DNA of 64,000 bases from a candidate division FCPU426 bacterium (lineage in GTDB: Bacteria; Oederibacteriota; Muellerivitia; Muellerivitales; Muellerivitaceae). Shown here one piece after another: positions 57,922 through 64,000 of this stretch; position 1 is the stretch's first letter, and each line of letters starts with the position of its first letter. Location of the stretch: assembly GCA_963796105.1 (NCBI GenBank), contig CAWCKJ010000003.1, positions 640,001 to 704,000 on the forward strand, written 5' to 3'. The notes under the pieces are model-generated. The model did not search any database. It saw nothing but the letters and a program-made list of their open reading frames with translations, and was not told where the DNA came from. Both the position numbers and the translations under genes were made by a program.

Positions 57922-58907
57922 TATGCTTATGCACAAAGTGACCGTGCTGTAATGGGTTTTGCTAAGGCACATGCGGTCAAAGCACGGTGAAATAAGGAAT
58001 CGGGATCATGACGACGGTTGAACCGATAGGCATATTCACTTAGATACCGGCCTAAATACTTAGCATCAACGCCATGATGAGTTCCAATGATCCAGGCCTT
58101 GGCGTTGGAAATGAACCGGTGTACCCAGGGCAACCAACTTTCCAACTCTTTCGGGTCATTGGCCATCACCCGGTAGTCTGCCTCCACTCCTTTGAGTTCA
58201 CGCAAGGCTGGCGAAGCATCTGTGTTGAGGAAAGAGCCTTTTTCCATAGTCTGATTCACGAATTCCTGGCTCTCCCACTTGGTTTCCATAGCTACCTTCA
58301 CCTTGGCAAAACCCGCTTTTTCCTTCTTGCAACCATTCTCATCCACCCATTCCTTGCTTTCCACCGCCACCAAGACTTCCACTTGGTTTTCCTTGGCCTT
58401 TTTCCCAAAAACCGCCCCATCCAACTCAATGACGCCCTTTAGAGTATAGCTTTCGTCCTTTTGCCTAAGACCTTCCCGGATCTTATGCAATAGAAGCCAT
58501 GCCGAATGATCCGAAAGATTTAAATGCCGCTTCAGTTCCAGGGCCGAAATACCCCGTTTGCCCTGCATCATCAAACTGATGGCCCTGACCCAGGTTAAAA
58601 GAGGCAGCTTGGAGCTTTCAAAAATCGTCCCGGCGCGAAGCCGAAGACGTTTCCGGCAATAGTCACATTCCCTCACTTCAGGCTTGGCCTGGTGTTGCCA
58701 GAAGCTTTCGCCCTCACATTGGGGACAAACAAAGTCTTTCCCGCCGAAACGGCATCTCCACACCCATTGGCGGGCTTCTTCTTCCGTGTGGATTTTCCTC
58801 AGAATTTTAATGCTTTTCATCCGCTGGTAGCTCATGTACCACCTCCCGTAGCGGACAGTATACCTATGTATTCCTTTATTTCAAGGGTCACTTAATACAG
58901 AAGCATG
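57922..58907 (-). mobile_element. IS1595-family insertion sequence (986 bp), GGTTTTCC target duplication
   Basis: GGTTTTCC at 57914-57921 and 58908-58915; imperfect IRs TATGCTTATGCACAAAGTGACC / GGTCACTTAATACAGAAGCATG. Confidence 0.9.
57927..58835 (-). CDS. IS1595-family transposase (ISSod11-like)
   Basis: CPQC...CDYC zinc ribbon, AGTIFE, IELDG, TDA, LPWVHRFISNAK, GTHHGV, YLSEYAYRFNRR. Confidence 0.92.
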   Translation of the reverse strand: MSYQRMKSIKILRKIHTEEEARQWVWRCRFGGKDFVCPQCEGESFWQHQAKPEVRECDYCRKRLRLRAGTIFESSKLPLLTWVRAISLMMQGKRGISALELKRHLNLSDHSAWLLLHKIREGLRQKDESYTLKGVIELDGAVFGKKAKENQVEVLVAVESKEWVDENGCKKEKAGFAKVKVAMETKWESQEFVNQTMEKGSFLNTDASPALRELKGVEADYRVMANDPKELESWLPWVHRFISNAKAWIIGTHHGVDAKYLGRYLSEYAYRFNRRHDPDSLFHRALTACALAKPITARSLCA

Positions 58908-61780
58908 GGTTTTCCTGAAGCGGCAACCTTTCTTTCATTGGTTCGTTGGCGATATTGGTCCTTTTTGATCTTTTTAGAGAGAAAAAAACCCGTTTGGGAT
59001 CTTAAATTTTCCGTGACTTCTTTTACCGTACCTGATGCCACTACCATTCCGCCCTCCTCTCCGCCTTCCGGACCCAGGTCAATTATAAAATCCGCTGTTT
59101 TAATGACATCCAAGTTATGCTCAATAATGAGAACGGTATTACCGGATTCCACAAGCCTTTTCAGGATTGATATTAGGTGGTGGACATCAGCAAAGTGAAG
59201 ACCGGTCGTCGGTTCATCTAATATATATAAAGTCCGACCCGTACTGCGTTTCCCTAGTTCAGTGGAAAGTTTGACTCTTTGCGCTTCTCCCCCGGAAAGG
59301 GTGGTTGCGGGTTGCCCAAGTTTGATATAACCCAACCCGACATCTCTCAACGTTTCTATTATTCTCCTGATTTTGGGAATGGCCAAGAAAAAACTCAAGG
59401 CCTCCTCAACACTTAGTTCAAGTATCTCCGAGATGTTTTTTCCTTTGTATTGAATCTCCAGTGTTTCCCTGTCATATCTTTTCCCTTTGCAAACTTCACA
59501 AGGGACATATACGTCCGGTAAAAAATGCATTTCTATTTTAATAACCCCATCCCCCTCGCAGGCCTCACAGCGTCCCCCCTTAACATTAAAACTGAAGCGG
59601 CCTTCTTTATAACCTCTTGCCTTTGATTCGGGTAAATGGGCGAATAAATTTCGGACATGCGTAAATAAGCCGGTATAGGTTGCGGAATTGGACCTTGGGG
59701 TGCGGCCTATCGGAGTTTGATCAATGACTACAACTTTATCCAGGTTTTCACAACCTTCCAAGGACTCAAACCCTTCAGGCTTTACCCGGAGATGGTAAAG
59801 TTTATGCATTAATGCGGGGTAGAGTGTTTCCATCACTAAAGTACTCTTACCAGAGCCGGAAACTCCCGTTACAGCGCTAAATCCACCAATAGGTATTTTT
59901 ATTGTAATGTTTTTGAGGTTATTCTTGGTCGCACCCTTTAGGGTCAAACAATTTTCATACTTTTTTCCAGGTTCCAAATTGGGAGCAATATATTTCTCCC
60001 CCGTGAGATATTTCGCCGTTATGGAATTTTCATTGGCAATTATTTGTCTTAAATTACCCGATGCCACCACATCCCCTCCCGCCAAACCGGCGCCTAAACC
60101 CATATCGATAAGATAATCGGCTGATTCAATAGTATCTTCATCATGTTCAACAACAATCACTGAATTCCCAATGTCTTTTAAATGCCTTAAGGTAGAAAGC
60201 AACCGTTCATTATCTCTTTGATGGAGTCCGATGGAAGGTTCATCCAATATGTATAATACCCCTACTAAGGCGCTTCCGATTTGTGTCGCCAAATGGATTC
60301 TTTGCGCTTCTCCCCCCGAAAGGGAGGATGTCATCCTTTCTAAAGTCAGATAATCCAAACCAACATTTTTCAAAAATCCCAATCTCGCAAGAATTTCTTT
60401 AAGTATTTGACCCCCAACCAGAACGGTTCTGGGGTCCAAATTTAAATTCTCAAAAAATTCCAGGCATTTCCTAACGGACAACCGGGTAATCTCGATGATA
60501 TTTTTATCTTGAATGGTAACCGCCAAGCTTTCAGGTTTTAACCTAGTACCTTGACAGGCACGGCAGGGTTTACTAATCAGGTATTTTTCGATTTCATCTT
60601 GGATTGATTCCGAATCTGTTTCGCTGTAACGCCTTTCCAAGTTTGGAATAACTCCCTCGAAGGCGCCCCAATATCTCTGACGGTAATTGCCTTTTTGTAT
60701 TTTAAATTCGATTTCTTCTTTAGTTCCGTAAAGAATTGCCTCTTGAACTTTGCGCGGTATTTTTTTGAATGGAATTGTCATACTAATATCGAAGTGATTG
60801 CAAACTCCCTCCAGGAGATTTTGGTAATAAATCGCCTTTGGGGTTTGGTATGGATCTATTGCTCCATCGGCGATTGATTTTTCTGGATCCAAAACTAAGG
60901 ACTCGTCCGCTTCCATTTTGAAGCCCATTCCCGTGCAAGCAGGACAGGCCCCATGCGGATTATTAAAAGAAAAATTTCTTGGCGCCGGTTCCTCGACACT
61001 AATACCGCAATAAACACATGCGAAATGCTCTGAAAAGAGATGTTCGTTTTTATCCTTGGCGGAACCCAGAATGATTTTGACGATTCCGCCGCCATACTTT
61101 AATGCCGTCTCAAGAGAATCCGCGAGTCGTTTTTTGACTTCAGGCTTCAGTACCAAACGATCGATAACTACATCAATGTCATGCTTTTTGTTTTTATCTA
61201 AAGGGATATTATCGTCCAGTTCGAAAATCTGTCCGTCCACCCGAACCCGGACATATCCATCTTTCCGGATCTGATCGAAATTCTTTTTATATTCCCCTTT
61301 CCTGCTTGAAATAATAGGCGCCAAAATGCTTAATTTTTCACCCGCTGGAAATGAAAACACCCGATCCACAATTTGTTGGACAGTCTGACGGCTGATGGGC
61401 TTTCCGCAATTCGCACAATGAGGTGTGCCAATACGGGCGAATAACAAACGCAGATAATCGTAAATTTCAGTAGTTGTCCCAACAGTGGAACGCGGATTTT
61501 TACCGCCTGTTTTTTGTTGAATGGCCACAGCCGGGGATAGGCCTTCAATTAAATCCACATCCGGTTTTTCCATCAAACCGAGAAATTGCCTAGCATATGA
61601 TGATAAGGATTCCACGTATCGTCTTTGTCCTTCGGCATAAAGCGTATCAAACGCCAAGGAAGATTTTCCGGAGCCTGAAACCCCGGTTATGACTACTAAT
61701 TCGTCGCGCGGAATTTCCACGGAAATATTTTTGAGATTATGTTCCCTTGCCCCGCGAACAATAATTGTGTTTTTTTTCAC
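58892..61780 (-). CDS. uvrA: Excinuclease ABC subunit A
   Basis: [27 protein letters not shown], two ABC domains with zinc fingers, LSGGEAQR x2. Confidence 0.98.
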   Translation of the reverse strand: MKKNTIIVRGAREHNLKNISVEIPRDELVVITGVSGSGKSSLAFDTLYAEGQRRYVESLSSYARQFLGLMEKPDVDLIEGLSPAVAIQQKTGGKNPRSTVGTTTEIYDYLRLLFARIGTPHCANCGKPISRQTVQQIVDRVFSFPAGEKLSILAPIISSRKGEYKKNFDQIRKDGYVRVRVDGQIFELDDNIPLDKNKKHDIDVVIDRLVLKPEVKKRLADSLETALKYGGGIVKIILGSAKDKNEHLFSEHFACVYCGISVEEPAPRNFSFNNPHGACPACTGMGFKMEADESLVLDPEKSIADGAIDPYQTPKAIYYQNLLEGVCNHFDISMTIPFKKIPRKVQEAILYGTKEEIEFKIQKGNYRQRYWGAFEGVIPNLERRYSETDSESIQDEIEKYLISKPCRACQGTRLKPESLAVTIQDKNIIEITRLSVRKCLEFFENLNLDPRTVLVGGQILKEILARLGFLKNVGLDYLTLERMTSSLSGGEAQRIHLATQIGSALVGVLYILDEPSIGLHQRDNERLLSTLRHLKDIGNSVIVVEHDEDTIESADYLIDMGLGAGLAGGDVVASGNLRQIIANENSITAKYLTGEKYIAPNLEPGKKYENCLTLKGATKNNLKNITIKIPIGGFSAVTGVSGSGKSTLVMETLYPALMHKLYHLRVKPEGFESLEGCENLDKVVVIDQTPIGRTPRSNSATYTGLFTHVRNLFAHLPESKARGYKEGRFSFNVKGGRCEACEGDGVIKIEMHFLPDVYVPCEVCKGKRYDRETLEIQYKGKNISEILELSVEEALSFFLAIPKIRRIIETLRDVGLGYIKLGQPATTLSGGEAQRVKLSTELGKRSTGRTLYILDEPTTGLHFADVHHLISILKRLVESGNTVLIIEHNLDVIKTADFIIDLGPEGGEEGGMVVASGTVKEVTENLRSQTGFFLSKKIKKDQYRQRTNERKVAASGKPMLLY

Positions 61781-61884
61781 GACTATTCCCAGGATTTATT
61801 TTAAATACTCAAGAAAGTATTATGAGCTAAACTCAGGCATTATTTCTACCCACCAGCGTTATTTGAGTGGTCCAGTAGTAGCTA

Positions 61885-63984
61885 TTATTGAAATTGACTT
61901 GCCGCCCCAGTTAATCCTTGATTTCGCATGCTGTTGATTTGCTGGAGTTGTTGGGCGGAAACGGAAATCGGTCTTCCCGGGAAAGCTTTCAAGTTGAGTG
62001 TAAAATATAATTGTTTTCCAGAATTGGGGTCTTCGGTGTAGCTGATCTGGGCTTCCCAATCATGTAAATCCCGGTAGATACTTAATGAACGGGTAATATA
62101 TTTCGCATTGGTTACATCATAATTTTCTATTAGTGCGAGCCTGTAATTTGTAAAAAATGCGAAATCGACCTCGCCGCCAACTTGAAATGTAGGAAGTGAC
62201 GGGGAAGGGAAATAACCTATGTTGCTGACATTAGGATCAACGTAATTACCGTTAATCATAAACCGCCACATATCCCGGGGACTTTTTAGGTTAATAACCG
62301 AATTTATGTCTTTCACCGCGTTGTCCTGGATTGAATAATCCATGATGGCTAAATAATTATAAAGGGGAGAAGGGGTAATATAGATTTCCTGGCGGAAATA
62401 GGTTAATCGGGAAGCTTCTGTTCCCACCATAATGTTAAAATCATAGGAGGTACTTGAGCGGATTCTAAATAATGAGCCTCCCAAAAACTCAACCGCGCCC
62501 GTTAAGAGGTTGGACGTAATTCCATGCGGCGGATCAGTGGAACGAATATTATCCAGTTTTTGATTAAAGGTATAACCAAGTGTCGAGGTTGCGTATTCCG
62601 TCCATCTCGCTGTCCAGGTGTTATTAGCGTCTAAAGTATGTGTTTCCCCGGAATTAGTCCCGTTCAAATCAGGCTTATCTTGAAAATTCTCGTTCATCGC
62701 GATTCGTGAGAATAAAGTTTGTGTTTGAAAAAGCTGGGCACTTTGTCCGACTCCCACTTCCCCAGTTAAGTGGTTTACATAATAGCCATCCGTTAAAGTA
62801 TAGGTATGATCCCCAGACAAACTCAAATCCCACTTTAACCAATTCCTTCCAATTAACCGCTGTGGAAAAAGATTGAAATTAAATTGCGGCAGGGATTGAA
62901 GGCTGCGGGTGAAATGGGTTTCAGTTGTATCGCCAATGGAAAAATCAGGGTTTTCCTGACGCCGGAGTAAAAAGCTAAAAGTATATTGGAGGCGGGTCAA
63001 TGTTGCCGAAAGATCATATTCACGATAAGTTGAAACCAAACTCGGGTCCCGACGAGCCACCGAGTAATCCTGGCTGAACATTCCATCTTCAGGATAGTCC
63101 ACCTCCAACCGGCCTTGAAAGTTGGATGAAAATGCCCAAAGTCCCCTGGCTCTCGATTCCCAACGTAATCGATGGGTGTCTTTTTCGTCGATTCCATATC
63201 CATAAAGCGATAAAGCCGAATATTCGTTTAATCCCAATTCATGCCTGACTCCCAGGCCGAGCCCTTTTTTGAAAAAGTAATCCGTATAGAGAGCGCCATA
63301 GCTCGTCGGATTAAAAAGATAGCTTTCAGTCAAAAGAACATAATTACCAAGGTAGTCGGTTTGTCCCGTGGAAACCGAAAATGGCGTTTTCAAGTCATGA
63401 ATGGTTCGAACAAAAAACGGAAAGTAAAATACCGGCACCTTGCCTATATATAGCACAACATTTTCCGCGACTAAATAATCGCCTGAATATATGGTGATCT
63501 TCCCAGTCTTCATGTAAAAATGCCGGTATCCCTCCGGATAATCGCAAGTGGTTGTGACAGCATCCTTGATAATAATTTTTTGATCCTTGATATCGATCTC
63601 CGAACCAGTGCTAATCCATGGCGGAGAGGTGGTTTTTATGTTGTAAGCCTTTCCCTCTCTCGTCTTCAAGTTGTAATTTAAACTATTGGCCTCAATTTCA
63701 TCGGCTTCGCTCTGCCAGACAACATGTCCTTTGGCTTCCACCTCTTGCGCCGTCACGTCATAGCGAATACTGTCAGCATATAAATTGACTTTATCCTGTT
63801 GGATGTGGACTTGCCCTTTTGCCATAACGATATTTTGATCCCTCAGATACTCGATGGTATCGGCTTGCAAACGAACCTGGCCGTTAAGGGAAAAAGAGAG
63901 TTCGGCCCGAAGTGGACTGGATAAAATAATCCAAGCCAAAAGATAAAACAAAGAAACGGATATTTTTCTGTGGCGGAAATTCAT
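61885..63984 (-). CDS. lptD: LPS-assembly protein LptD-like outer-membrane protein
   Basis: Signal peptide; OstA beta-jellyroll ([24 protein letters not shown]), [14 protein letters not shown]; barrel with IYRDLHDW. Confidence 0.75.
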   Translation of the reverse strand: MNFRHRKISVSLFYLLAWIILSSPLRAELSFSLNGQVRLQADTIEYLRDQNIVMAKGQVHIQQDKVNLYADSIRYDVTAQEVEAKGHVVWQSEADEIEANSLNYNLKTREGKAYNIKTTSPPWISTGSEIDIKDQKIIIKDAVTTTCDYPEGYRHFYMKTGKITIYSGDYLVAENVVLYIGKVPVFYFPFFVRTIHDLKTPFSVSTGQTDYLGNYVLLTESYLFNPTSYGALYTDYFFKKGLGLGVRHELGLNEYSALSLYGYGIDEKDTHRLRWESRARGLWAFSSNFQGRLEVDYPEDGMFSQDYSVARRDPSLVSTYREYDLSATLTRLQYTFSFLLRRQENPDFSIGDTTETHFTRSLQSLPQFNFNLFPQRLIGRNWLKWDLSLSGDHTYTLTDGYYVNHLTGEVGVGQSAQLFQTQTLFSRIAMNENFQDKPDLNGTNSGETHTLDANNTWTARWTEYATSTLGYTFNQKLDNIRSTDPPHGITSNLLTGAVEFLGGSLFRIRSSTSYDFNIMVGTEASRLTYFRQEIYITPSPLYNYLAIMDYSIQDNAVKDINSVINLKSPRDMWRFMINGNYVDPNVSNIGYFPSPSLPTFQVGGEVDFAFFTNYRLALIENYDVTNAKYITRSLSIYRDLHDWEAQISYTEDPNSGKQLYFTLNLKAFPGRPISVSAQQLQQINSMRNQGLTGAASQFQ

Positions 63985-64000
63985 TTATTCGGAATAAATC

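Overview
Chromosomal window of a diderm bacterium (LolCDE and LptD-like genes; also mcsA-mcsB-clpC, Thr/Pro-linker secreted proteins with T9SS-like C-termini and a PorV-like barrel). That combination suggests a non-Bacteroidota candidate phylum such as FCPU426, which is an inference only. Housekeeping backbone: clpC(partial)-mcsB-mcsA-lolD-lolE-lysS-prfB (with the +1 frameshift); pheT (no pheS)-zapB-like-zapA; glgP; 6S RNA-rarA-5-FTHF cyclo-ligase-ymdB (no rny); a ccsA-hemA-hemC-hemD-hemB-hemL cluster split by two insertions; an 11-gene nuoABCDHIJKLMN operon; polyprenyl synthase; crp; porV-like; uvrA; lptD-like. Accessory DNA includes GH3, GH5 and truncated GH18 hydrolases, an IS3 (3-bp TSD) and an IS1595 (8-bp TSD, rewrites the uvrA stop). 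The most unusual locus is 24.9-28.15 kb. A HUH/Y1 (RAYT-like) transposase is bounded by 27-bp inverted repeats, one interrupted by a hairpin. It is directly followed by a 10 x 52-bp TGGAAC/palindrome array and a 14-unit 21-22-bp array with a fixed core and variable spacers that stays in phase across the IS3. Elsewhere, a ~76-bp double-hairpin MITE with a CA duplication sits twice inside the arms of other inverted-repeat elements, and a second ~107-bp nested-hairpin repeat also occurs twice.
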